A stretch of 63,845 nucleotides of DNA, filler included, from Octopus bimaculoides (lineage: Eukaryota): assembly GCF_001194135.2 (NCBI RefSeq). It is 7 parts of 7 records of this genome, joined end to end, with 100 filler letters (N's around TTAATTAATTAA, not from the genome) between each part and the next. Parts side by side here need not be neighbours in the genome. Positions count along the whole stretch, not along the records: positions 1 to 11,483 come from NC_068997.1; positions 11,584 to 41,916 come from NC_068982.1; 5 more parts are not named here. One strand, given 5' to 3'. Within the stretch, counting starts at the first letter, position 1, and every line of letters begins with the position of its first letter. Of the stretch, positions 11,145 to 20,807 are shown piece after piece. The notes beneath the pieces are model-generated. The model was not told the DNA's origin, searched no databases, and saw nothing but the letters and a program-made list of their open reading frames with translations. A program made the position numbers and the translations under genes.

Positions 11145-11290
11145 ATAATGTTGCGAACGCCCGCACGCGAAGCACCTCAACGAAGAGAAAACTCGCGCGC
11201 GCGCGAACATCGACGCTCAGTGAGTCAGAATGTTCGCCACGACTAATAAGCCCAGCCGGAGCACGTAACGACGACAACAGGCAGGGAAGA
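11145..11290. promoter_or_regulatory. CpG-rich island, candidate promoter/first exon of the zinc-finger gene
   Basis: Dense intact CpGs (gaacgcccgcacgcgaag, ctcgcgcgcgcgcgaacatcgacgc, gcacgtaacgacgac), unlike local repeats, about 2.2 kb upstream of the CDS; orientation unknown. Confidence 0.5.
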
Positions 11291-12342
11291 AGAAACTAAT
11301 TTTTTTCTTTCTTAGCAAAACAATACATCATCAATACAAAATAACATAGCATTCAATAACATGTAACAATAGCGTTTCCAAGCATTTAACATAATCAAAG
11401 TTTACAATCAAGGGTTTGTATATCAAGTCAATTAAAAGTTCGGTGGAGATGGAGTATATGTAATCTGGGTATACCCCCCCCCCNNNNNNNNNNNNNNNNN
11501 NNNNNNNNNNNNNNNNNNNNNNNNNNNTTAATTAATTAANNNNNNNNNNNNNNNNNNNNNNNNNNNNNNNNNNNNNNNNNNNNGTATGTATGTGTATATG
11601 AATTCACCTACATTTTGTTTTATATATATATATATATATCCTGCAGGATTTCAGCTACCCCATGAAGAAAAATAATGGAGAAATATACATATCACATATC
11701 TAATTCATGATTCTTGAAATATTCAGTTGGTGTGTGTGCATGCACTTGGACCCTCTGCTCAGTTCCTTTCTCAAGATACACATCGTTCTTCACCTCCCCA
11801 ACTGCAGTACCTCCATACCACTTTAGTTGTTATCCATCACTCATCCATTAACTCTGATCTCCACCCATTCCTTGATCAGCCTTACTTCCTAGTGTGCCAC
11901 CAGATTACCTCTCCTTCCTCACTTAACAGACATCCCATCTTCCCCATACACCACACCTGTTTTTCTGTGCTTGCAGAGGTTGGATGAGGACGTATGTGAG
12001 GCAGAATTTTATAGCCACATGTCCCTCCTGTCAATAATTAGTAATAATTTTATTAATTTTTATAATGCTCCAACATTAACACTCAAACTTTTTGCTGTCC
12101 TCTTCATATTTTAAGATCAAATTTCTAATGTTACTATGTATCTTTTTCTCTTTGTCTCTTTGTGAATCCAAGAGTATAAGATATTTTGTAGATTCTCTTC
12201 TTGCATGAAATTCTCTTGATTTGTGTCAATGTTTAGGATGTTTTTCAATGTTAAAATGATTTTTAAAAAGATTACAGAAACCATGCCTGTAATTTACAGA
12301 CAACTTGCCATTACCCTAACTTTAATAATATATTAATTGTAA

Positions 12343-12550
12343 GGGCGGCAAGCTGCCAGAAGCATTAGCATGCTGGGTGAAATACTTAGTGGTATTTCAT
12401 TCTTAGTTCAAATTCTGCTGAGGTTGACTTTGCCTTTCATCCATTTCGAGTTGATTAAATAAATACCAGTTACACACTGAGGTCGGTGTAATCGACTTAA
12501 TCCTTTTGTTTGTCCTCTATGTTTAGCCCCCTGTGGATAATAAAGAAATA
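12343..12550 (+). mobile_element. SINE family A, full length, 16-bp TSD aatatattaattgtaa (12327-12342 and 12551-12566)
   Basis: Family head, B box, body and ..ccccctgtggataataaagaaata tail; TSD read directly. Confidence 0.85.
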
Positions 12551-13189
12551 AATATATTAATTGTAACAAAAATTATTTTAGAGAGAGAATATCATCAAAT
12601 AAAAGAAAAAAAACCTATGACTTATTTTGATCATAGTGAGGAGTATTTGTTTTATAAAATAAATTTATATTGAGTCTTATTGAAGGAGATCTTATCTCAT
12701 GGAACTGCAGAATTTTTTCACAGAAAACTGGTTCCTCAGAGTCTCTGAGAAATACTGTACATTACTTCAGATTCAGATTGGGCAGAAATCTTTATCTTAA
12801 ATTCCAAAATTCCAAGGTTATCTGATGTTTCACTTGTGTGAAACACCAGATATCTTTGGAATTTTGCTTGCAATGAATTGGTACCCTATCCAAAGTGAGA
12901 TTTATCTCTCATCTACATCAGCACCATGAAACTGAAGCTAATATTTGACCCCCTAAGGCTTGAAAAGTCTTTACATTTCTTTTTCTGTTCAGTGTTTGAT
13001 TGAATTGATGAAATTGCAGATTACCAGTAATATACTGAGATCTTCAATGAACTGAGTTCTCTCCCTGTTAAATTTGCAGCTTTGTTTCTGTGTCAGAAAT
13101 TCATCCCTATCACTTTTTTCTCTCTTACTTTTTCCCTTCATCTTAGTTTATTTCATAATTGTCTATAAATATTTCATATGATTTCACAG

Positions 13190-13255
13190 ATCTCTTCATG
13201 GGGAAATTTGTAACTGTCTAGATTTGCAGTTGGTGACTCAATTTAGTTTGATAAT
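13190..13255 (+). other. Putative 5'-UTR exon of the zinc-finger gene with a short uORF (ATG 13198)
   Basis: Acceptor atttcacag| at 13189, donor |gtaagt at 13256; the coding exon's acceptor tttttcag| is at 13456. Confidence 0.35.
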
Positions 13256-13469
13256 GTAAGTATCTAAGTATGATTTACATGCAGAAAGTGTAATTACTCT
13301 TTAAAATATTTAAGTTGCAGTGTTTTTTTGCTAACATGGAAAACAAATGTTAAACAATGATGATGTTACCTTCTTATCCTTATTGTACAGACTTATACCA
13401 TATTTATTCATTTATTTATGTTTTATATCATTTTAATTATTCTCATTATTTTTCAGATATTTATTCATC

Positions 13470-16400
13470 ATGAGTGAAGCATGTGAGTTACCTCCTTCAA
13501 AGGGGTCTACCGTCCAAACAAAACCAGACAGTGTAATTGAGCAGATGTTAACCACTGTCCAGGATGGAGAACCTGAAGAAAAGCACTGCCTCAGTTATGA
13601 GTGTGATATCATATTGGAATGTAAAGTCTGTAGAAATTTGTTTCGTGTTATGCAAAGCTTCCTCAATCACAAAAAAGTCAACTGCCTTCAGTATCTCATT
13701 AGCTTTGATGTTCCTGTACCGACAAAAGAAAAAGAAATTGACAAAACTACCAGTGAAAATTCTAGACCAATCACTAAGGAAAAGTCTGATGAAATTCCTT
13801 CAACTAAAGAACCATCACCAGACAAGACAATATCCAAGACTGTTCCAAAATCAAAAGGTAAAGCAGAATCTTCTGAAACCAGTCAAGTAAAATCTTCTGA
13901 AACCAGTCAAGTAAAATCTTCTGAAACCAGTCAAGTAAAATCTTCTGAAACCAGTCAAGTAAAATCTTCTGAAACCAGTCAAGTAAAATCTTCTGCAGTG
14001 TCACCTAAAGAAGTAATACCTGTTGAAAATAACGATCCTATGAAACTGAGGAATTCCCGTAAAAGAGATGTACAGCAAAAGGAAAGTATTGTTTCAAAGA
14101 AAGACAACAAAGACATCGTTTCTCAAAAACAAGACAGTAGCCATAAAAAGGAGAGCAGTTCTCAAAAGAAAAATGTCAGTGTCCACAAGAAAGATAGTAC
14201 CAGTGATAAAAGAGATAGTTCTACAACAAAACGCCAAAGTCTATCAGAACAGAAAGACACAACATCACAGAAAAGAAATAGCAGCAGTCATAGACGGGAC
14301 AGCACTCCACAGAAAAGAGATAGTAGCAGCCATAGAAGAGAAAGTTCTTCTCACAGGAGAGATAGCTCTGCTCATAAAAGAGATAGCTCTGTTCATAAGA
14401 GAGATAGCTCATCTGAAAAGAGAGAGATAACTCATAGGAAAGATCTGTCTTCAGAAAAGCGAGAAACATCCCAACATCGAAGGGAAAGAAGGGAAAGTAT
14501 TTCTGCAAAAGAAAAACAAAGTAGCTCTTCTGAGAAAAGTACTCCTCACAAAAGAGAACCTGAAAAACGGGGAAGTTTAACCACAAAGAAAGATAGTTCA
14601 GATAAAAAAAGGCATGCTCCTCCTAGAAAAGTAAATACTAATTTGAAAGATGGCCATGAAAAAATGGATGTTAGTAATAATGAAACTTCTGGTGGCATTG
14701 AAAAAATGGATGTCACTGTTGAAACAAGATCAGTTGTAGCAAAGAATCTAACTAACCAGAAAGGGAGTTCTCTTGGAAAAATGGAAATAGATGACAAGAA
14801 TGAAGCTAGCACAGTGAAGCAAAAAGATACTCTTGTACAAAACAATGCAACTGTTCAGAAAAAAGATACAGTGGCTGAGAAAAATGTTTCCACCAAGAAA
14901 AATGATGTTGCTACTCAACAGAACAAAGATGGTGGTCAGGTAAAGGAAACAATATCTGAAAAAAGTGTTGCTGCTACCATTGAGAACAGGAACACTGTTT
15001 CTGATAAAACAGATACAACTTCTCAGAAAGATGCTGTTAATTTAAATAAAGAAAATAATGTTGCTAAGAATGAAGAGTCTCAAGAGAAAAGTGCCATTAT
15101 TACTAGGAAAAAAGATTCTATACCTGAAAAAAAAGATTCTATACCTGAAAAAAAAGTTATGGCTACTGAGACAAAATCTCCCAGTTTTCATGAAAAACCT
15201 TTTGCGATTGGAAAAAAAGTTGTCATTGTTGAAAAGAAGACTGTTGCTACTGAGACAAAACAGACTTCAAATCAAGAAAAAGTGGTTGTTGCTGAGAAAA
15301 ATGATAGCAGTGTTCAGAAGAAAGATATGGCAACAGAGACAAGATCTGTTCAAAAAAAAGAAAGTAATGTTGAGAAGAAAGACATGGCAACAGAGACAAA
15401 ATCTGTTGAGAAGAAAGATAGCTGTGTTCAAAAGAAAGACATGGCAACAGAGACAAAATCAGTTGAGAAAAAAGATAGTGGTGTTGAGAAGAAAGACATG
15501 GCAACAGAGACAAAATCTGTTCAGAAAAAAGATAGTGGTGTTGAGAAAAAAGACATGGCAATAGGGACAAGATCTGTTGAGAAAAAAGACAGTAGTATTC
15601 AAAAGAAAGACATGGCAACAGAAACTAAATCTGTTGATAAAAAAGATAGCAGTGTTCTGAAGAAAGACATGGCAACAGAGACAAAGTCTGTTGAGAAGAA
15701 AGATAGCAGTGTTCAGAAGAAAGACATGGCAACAGAGACAAAGTCTGTTGAGAAGAAAGATAGCAGTGTTCAGAAGAAAGACATGGCCACTGAGACAAGA
15801 TCTGTTGAGAAAAAGGATAGTGGCATTCAAAAGAAAGACATGGCAACAGAAACTAAATCTGTTGAGAGAAAACAAAGCAGTGTTCAAAAAAAAGACATGG
15901 CAACTGAAACAAAAGACAGTCACTTAATAATAGATGGTAAAAAAGTACTTCTTTTGACAAAAGAGACTGGTGCGCAAGGAAATAATGTTGTTGGGGAAAA
16001 GGAAGTATCTGCTGGAAAATCAAAAGAAAACAATGAGGTTCTTCCTAAAATATCTACCAACTCTGAAATGACAACTGAGCAAGTTGCAGCTGTAAACATT
16101 GCTTCTACTGCCAATCAGACAGAGCCAAGTGATAAAAAACTGGCTACAACTCAAAAAGAACTTGTTGAAAATAAAGATGCAGATAAGAAAATTGGATTGA
16201 ATCAAGATTCAAATTCCAAAGTGCTTAATGAACCCCAAAATATTAGCATTCCAAACACATCGGAATTAAAGGATGTTAATGAAGACAATAAGAATGATGC
16301 TTCAGATAAGCTGAATCCTTTAATTGCTGGTGTTTTGGATGCTTATCAGCGCTTCAAGGATAAGACACAATCCCAACCAAAAGTAGAGGATCCAGCAAGC

Positions 16401-19244
16401 AAGGCAAATGAATTAGACATTATCCCAGATGCTAATGACAAAAATAACCGATCTGAAAAAAAAGCTGAAGAACCTAGTGCAACTGAGAAGGATGCTGCTG
16501 CCGATAAGTCAAAACCTTCTGGAGAGCTGGATCTGGACAATAAAGATCTGAATGATCCAGAGAGATATGAGTTAAGAAACAGATTGCGTTGTCCAGATTG
16601 TGGTCTCGAGCTGACCAATATGACTAAGCTTGCTAATCATATGTCCAAGCATTTGGCAGAATCAAAAGGACATTTTGTCTGCCCTATTTGCCAAAAGGAA
16701 ACTCGCCTTGAATCATTTTCTGATCTTATTTTGCATTTAAGAGACCCACATTTCCTCAAAGATAAGCAGCTACTTCCTATGTGGAGGAATTTAATGAAGA
16801 ATTGCTGGGTTGATGAACAAGATATGTCTGCTTCATTCCCTGTCATTGAAGCTGTCAAACGATCTGAGCGAAGCAATGAGGAAGCAGTGCCTGAAAAGAA
16901 CTATAAATGTCCTTATTGCAGAAGGAAACCTAAGATTCTTCGATATTTTTCAGGCCTCATTGGCCATTTACGCTCAGCTCATGGCCTGAAACGTCATCAA
17001 ATACAAAAGATACAAACAAAACTTCGCAAAACATCTGTGGTTGAAGTGGTGCACAAAAAAGAAATCGAGAGTACACGGCGCATGCTTTTTAAGTGCTCTT
17101 TCTGTTCTAAAACATTCAGAAAAAAGGCCACTATCAAACTTCATGTGAAGACATGTAAGAAACGAACTGTAGTTTCTGTAAAAGAAACTAAAAACAAAAA
17201 ACCTCGAGGTAGACCAAAAACCTTCACCAAAATTGTGTCATATAAAAGTAAAAAAGATCACAATCTTGGAGAGCGTTCTAACATTGGTCCTATGGCAGCA
17301 AGTAATAGTGAGCTGTTGAGTGATAACAGACCAGTTCCTCTGACCACTCCTTCTTTGCATTCTAACTATATTGAATCACAGAGTGCTGCAAGCAGAGACA
17401 TGGAACATTGCGTTGATGTTAATTTAATACAGCCTGTAAAGCTAGAAACTTTCTGGGTTTCAAAAACACCTGGAAAACCCTCTGAATGTGTTAAGTCAAC
17501 TGTCACTAATTTAGAAAAACTGTGCCAGACACCAAGCAAAATTTTCAAATCAGAGCTTACAAAAATTGGTAATTTTCAGTGTTATTCTTGTAAAAGGTAC
17601 TACTCAGTCCGGCAACATTTTGAACGGCATGTTCAGTTATGTACACAAAATCGTAAGATTGAAGAAATATCTGACTTTCAGGCTCTCCGTTGTCTGGAAT
17701 GTAATCAATCATTTTCTTACTTACAACATCTTAAAAGACATGCAGCTAAGCATTTAGGCTTAGACCGATTTAGATGTAAGTTATGTAATTATTCAAGTTA
17801 CTATTGGTCTGACACAAAATGTCATTTGACTTCTCACAAAGATATTGATTTTCGCTCTCCAGAATATTACATTGTTAGTGTGTCTTCATCTGAATATACC
17901 TCTCCTCAAGAAATGTCCAATTACTATGGATACCAGGGGAAAAAAATTGATCGTTCCCAGACAGTACTGAAGCGCCGTCATGAACCTAGCCAAACCAGCA
18001 GTGGTAGTGGTGTTGTTAAGACACTTGTTCTTACTGAACAAGATGGTATGCTTAAAGTTGTCAGTGATCCTAACCAAATTGCCAAGATGGTTGGCCAACA
18101 AGGCTCACCACCCTTGAAAAGGTTACGAATAGCCACCGACGTTACTCAATCTCCTGCAATTATGAAAGCTTTACCTGAAATACAAAAAGCAATTATGACA
18201 CCTAGTTCTGAAAAAAGAGAATCTACATTACTGACAAAAAATCTTCCCTCCCCAACATTATCAGATCCAACTCCTTCTGCAGAGCAGTTTGAACCTGCAA
18301 CTGATCCTGACAAACAGCACCAGTCCTGGGTTCGTAAACCTCTGAAGGACCCTGATGCTCAACCTTTCACTTGGGATGATGATGAAGAGGAAGAGACTAT
18401 AATAGAGAGCACTCCAGTAAAAGCCAGTAATAATAGTAACACTACTAGTAGTACCTCTGATAGCAAAGATGATACCAATAAGTTGTTATCTACTGATAAT
18501 TTGAAAAAATCCCCAAATTCTAACAACACTCCATCTGTTGACGAGACATTAAAAGCAGTTAGTACTATTGCTGTTACAGAGGAAAAACCCATACCTGACC
18601 AGTTTTCTGAACCACCGAAACTGAAGAAAGAAATTCCTGTGGAAACTGTTCGATGTACTGTTAGAGACATCAAGATGGAAGACAATCTTCAGATGCCAAG
18701 CATTTCAGGACCTGAAGTTGCTGTCAACTCATCTTCAGTTGCATCTGATACAGTGATGACTGTGATGTTTAATGAAAATAATGATATGATCCTTGTATCA
18801 CCAAATCCTAGCAATTCTAATTCATCAAGCCAAGGATCCACTCCTCATAAAGAATTTTTCAGAGTTTCTCACCCAGTTTTGTCACAAGTGATTTCATCAT
18901 CACAATCATCGTCATCACATTCATCTTATATTTCAACATCACATTCGAAGCCCACTGTGTCTTCAGTTATGTCGAAAACATCAACAAAGCCATTGAACAA
19001 GCCAAAAACCATGTGGGACATGCAGCATAAAAATGCACTCCGGCGCCTTCCCACACGGGGCTTGGTCTCCAATTCAACCTTATCATTTCCTTCAGCATCA
19101 AGGCGGGTAACTAAAGTGCCAGATCCTTTACCTACCCCAGTTACTGCTACCACATTTGTAAGTGTTACAACAGAATCCAATTCTACATCAGTGAACACAT
19201 CAACAACTTCATCACAATCACAGTCAATACCAACTACAAAGTGA
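13470..19244 (+). CDS. ZNF800: ZNF800-like zinc-finger protein, 1924 aa, one large coding exon; about 8 C2H2/C2HC fingers, an AT-hook, long repetitive disordered regions
   Basis: Uninterrupted 5.8-kb ORF. The N-terminal block SVIEQML..G..EKHCL..ECDIILECKVCRNLFR..FLNHKKVNC matches my recollection of ZNF800 ([43 protein letters not shown]). Further fingers CPDC, CPIC, CPYC, CSFC, CYSC, CLEC, CKLC; KKPRGRPK at about 17196-17219. Orthology not searched; the frame is open back to the acceptor, so the N-terminus may extend. Confidence 0.88.
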   Translation: MSEACELPPSKGSTVQTKPDSVIEQMLTTVQDGEPEEKHCLSYECDIILECKVCRNLFRVMQSFLNHKKVNCLQYLISFDVPVPTKEKEIDKTTSENSRPITKEKSDEIPSTKEPSPDKTISKTVPKSKGKAESSETSQVKSSETSQVKSSETSQVKSSETSQVKSSETSQVKSSAVSPKEVIPVENNDPMKLRNSRKRDVQQKESIVSKKDNKDIVSQKQDSSHKKESSSQKKNVSVHKKDSTSDKRDSSTTKRQSLSEQKDTTSQKRNSSSHRRDSTPQKRDSSSHRRESSSHRRDSSAHKRDSSVHKRDSSSEKREITHRKDLSSEKRETSQHRRERRESISAKEKQSSSSEKSTPHKREPEKRGSLTTKKDSSDKKRHAPPRKVNTNLKDGHEKMDVSNNETSGGIEKMDVTVETRSVVAKNLTNQKGSSLGKMEIDDKNEASTVKQKDTLVQNNATVQKKDTVAEKNVSTKKNDVATQQNKDGGQVKETISEKSVAATIENRNTVSDKTDTTSQKDAVNLNKENNVAKNEESQEKSAIITRKKDSIPEKKDSIPEKKVMATETKSPSFHEKPFAIGKKVVIVEKKTVATETKQTSNQEKVVVAEKNDSSVQKKDMATETRSVQKKESNVEKKDMATETKSVEKKDSCVQKKDMATETKSVEKKDSGVEKKDMATETKSVQKKDSGVEKKDMAIGTRSVEKKDSSIQKKDMATETKSVDKKDSSVLKKDMATETKSVEKKDSSVQKKDMATETKSVEKKDSSVQKKDMATETRSVEKKDSGIQKKDMATETKSVERKQSSVQKKDMATETKDSHLIIDGKKVLLLTKETGAQGNNVVGEKEVSAGKSKENNEVLPKISTNSEMTTEQVAAVNIASTANQTEPSDKKLATTQKELVENKDADKKIGLNQDSNSKVLNEPQNISIPNTSELKDVNEDNKNDASDKLNPLIAGVLDAYQRFKDKTQSQPKVEDPASKANELDIIPDANDKNNRSEKKAEEPSATEKDAAADKSKPSGELDLDNKDLNDPERYELRNRLRCPDCGLELTNMTKLANHMSKHLAESKGHFVCPICQKETRLESFSDLILHLRDPHFLKDKQLLPMWRNLMKNCWVDEQDMSASFPVIEAVKRSERSNEEAVPEKNYKCPYCRRKPKILRYFSGLIGHLRSAHGLKRHQIQKIQTKLRKTSVVEVVHKKEIESTRRMLFKCSFCSKTFRKKATIKLHVKTCKKRTVVSVKETKNKKPRGRPKTFTKIVSYKSKKDHNLGERSNIGPMAASNSELLSDNRPVPLTTPSLHSNYIESQSAASRDMEHCVDVNLIQPVKLETFWVSKTPGKPSECVKSTVTNLEKLCQTPSKIFKSELTKIGNFQCYSCKRYYSVRQHFERHVQLCTQNRKIEEISDFQALRCLECNQSFSYLQHLKRHAAKHLGLDRFRCKLCNYSSYYWSDTKCHLTSHKDIDFRSPEYYIVSVSSSEYTSPQEMSNYYGYQGKKIDRSQTVLKRRHEPSQTSSGSGVVKTLVLTEQDGMLKVVSDPNQIAKMVGQQGSPPLKRLRIATDVTQSPAIMKALPEIQKAIMTPSSEKRESTLLTKNLPSPTLSDPTPSAEQFEPATDPDKQHQSWVRKPLKDPDAQPFTWDDDEEEETIIESTPVKASNNSNTTSSTSDSKDDTNKLLSTDNLKKSPNSNNTPSVDETLKAVSTIAVTEEKPIPDQFSEPPKLKKEIPVETVRCTVRDIKMEDNLQMPSISGPEVAVNSSSVASDTVMTVMFNENNDMILVSPNPSNSNSSSQGSTPHKEFFRVSHPVLSQVISSSQSSSSHSSYISTSHSKPTVSSVMSKTSTKPLNKPKTMWDMQHKNALRRLPTRGLVSNSTLSFPSASRRVTKVPDPLPTPVTATTFVSVTTESNSTSVNTSTTSSQSQSIPTTK
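13867..13995 (+). repeat. Coding minisatellite: 5 perfect 24-bp units (aatcttctgaaaccagtcaagtaa; SSETSQVK) plus a partial unit
   Basis: Seen directly. Confidence 0.95.
14127..14480 (+). repeat. Degenerate coding 21-bp (7-aa) repeat, [KR][KR][DE]SSx[HQE]
   Basis: KRNSSSH RRDSTPQ KRDSSSH RRESSSH RRDSSAH KRDSSVH KRDSSSE. Confidence 0.85.
15318..15914 (+). repeat. Coding 57-bp (19-aa) tandem repeat KKDMATETKSVEKKDSSVQ, 10 full units plus a partial 11th
   Basis: Units counted in protein and DNA; the 11th starts at 15888 = 15318 + 10x57. Confidence 0.95.
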
Positions 19245-19250
19245 AATAAA
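19245..19250 (+). terminator. AATAAA immediately after the stop codon (candidate proximal poly(A) signal; another at about 19819)
   Basis: ..aagTGAaataaac; hexamer only, no transcript evidence. Confidence 0.3.
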
Positions 19251-19524
19251 CAAAAGACATTTCTTAAGAAGTAAAAGAAGAAAATCTCAAAACATAGAGG
19301 AAAAATAAATCAAGCTGTTTATTAAAGTAACTCGAGTATGAAGGAGAAAAGACAATATTTTCTTTCTTTAAAATCTGATCACCAGCCATTAAAATGCTTT
19401 GTTTCCTTTAAACTGTTGTTGGTAAAATTCAGAACTAGATTGAAGTGTTGAATAATTATGTGTGTGAGTGTGTATAATATGATAGAAACATACATACGCA
19501 CGGATTTATGTATATGTGTATGCA

Positions 19525-19566
<42 letters not shown>

Positions 19567-19638
19567 CACACACACACAGATATGCATATATGTGTATATA
19601 TATATACACATATATATATATGTATACATATGCATATG

Positions 19639-19684
<46 letters not shown>

Positions 19685-20309
19685 CATAGATGCACACATA
19701 TTCAGATAATCACCCAGACATACATATAACAAATTTTTATATGAATAGTTATCACTCCATTAAGATTATAAATTAAAACATTCAGCAACAAGAGAAAGAA
19801 AAACAAAATACAATTCCTCAATAAAACTGTACTATAATATTCAATATCGGAAGAGGTTGAACAAAGTAAAAAAGACTTTATTTATCTGTCAAATTATGAG
19901 TAGTAGTAATCATCTGTTTGAAACATTTAAGCAGTGTCATTGGTTATTCATTTCTCATTTGGGGAAGAAAAAAAATCACTCACGCACATGCACACACAGA
20001 CACACACATGCAATACATACAAGGGAAACAACAACAACATCCAAACAAACAAAAATGAAAGAGTTACTCTTAGTATTCATAAATGACAAATCTGAGAAGA
20101 AAGGGTTTTTGAAAGAAAATCAGAAAAGCGTAGCCTTAGTGATTCCTACATTACAGTAGCATTTTTTTTTTAATTGAAAATTATTCCACTCCTAAATATC
20201 ATAGCATTTGTATACATATACATATATGTGTATGTATGTGTGTGTCTGTGTATACATGATACATTCACACGCACAAATAATGTGTATTAGTGTGTAAATA
20301 TACAAATGC

Positions 20310-20363
<54 letters not shown>

Positions 20364-20771
20364 CATATAAAATGTATAGTGTTGGCTGTGTATGTGTGAT
20401 GAAATGAGTGCATATTTACAAATAATATCTGTACATGACAAATAGATCACAATAATGCTAATAATAACAATTCATCTAATAACATACTTCATGTTTATTT
20501 AGGAGGGTCATAAGTGTATGCATGTAAAATATATATATATAAACATAATGTATGTGTATATTTTATTTATATGCACTTTAAGTCTGCAAATCGTTTTAAC
20601 ACAAAGGTTATATATAAATGATGATTTTCTTAAACCCAGTCTGTGTCCTCTTCATTCTTTTTTCTCAGTTACTATCTCTACCAACCAGTCTTTAGATAAA
20701 AGACTATGGGGATGTATATGTACTATAAATTTTCCTTGTGCTAAGCACCAGGAATTATTGTGTGTGTGTGC

Positions 20772-20807
<36 letters not shown>

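Noticed and set aside
11528-11539. TTAATTAATTAA inside N gaps, recurring at about 41961, 45647, 55094, 58676 and 62738
   Set aside because: Always embedded in N runs and has stops in all six frames: an assembly gap linker, not biology
12821-12850. CTGATG..GAAAC inside the 60-nt hairpin as a hammerhead
   Set aside because: Core lacks the conserved A and the GAAA is paired in the long stem
15318-15914. Regular 57-bp repeat as a possible CRISPR array
   Set aside because: In-frame coding tandem repeat with no unique spacers, eukaryotic context, no cas genes
13564-19198. Alternative-frame and antisense ORFs inside the zinc-finger CDS
   Set aside because: Shadows of the repetitive main ORF
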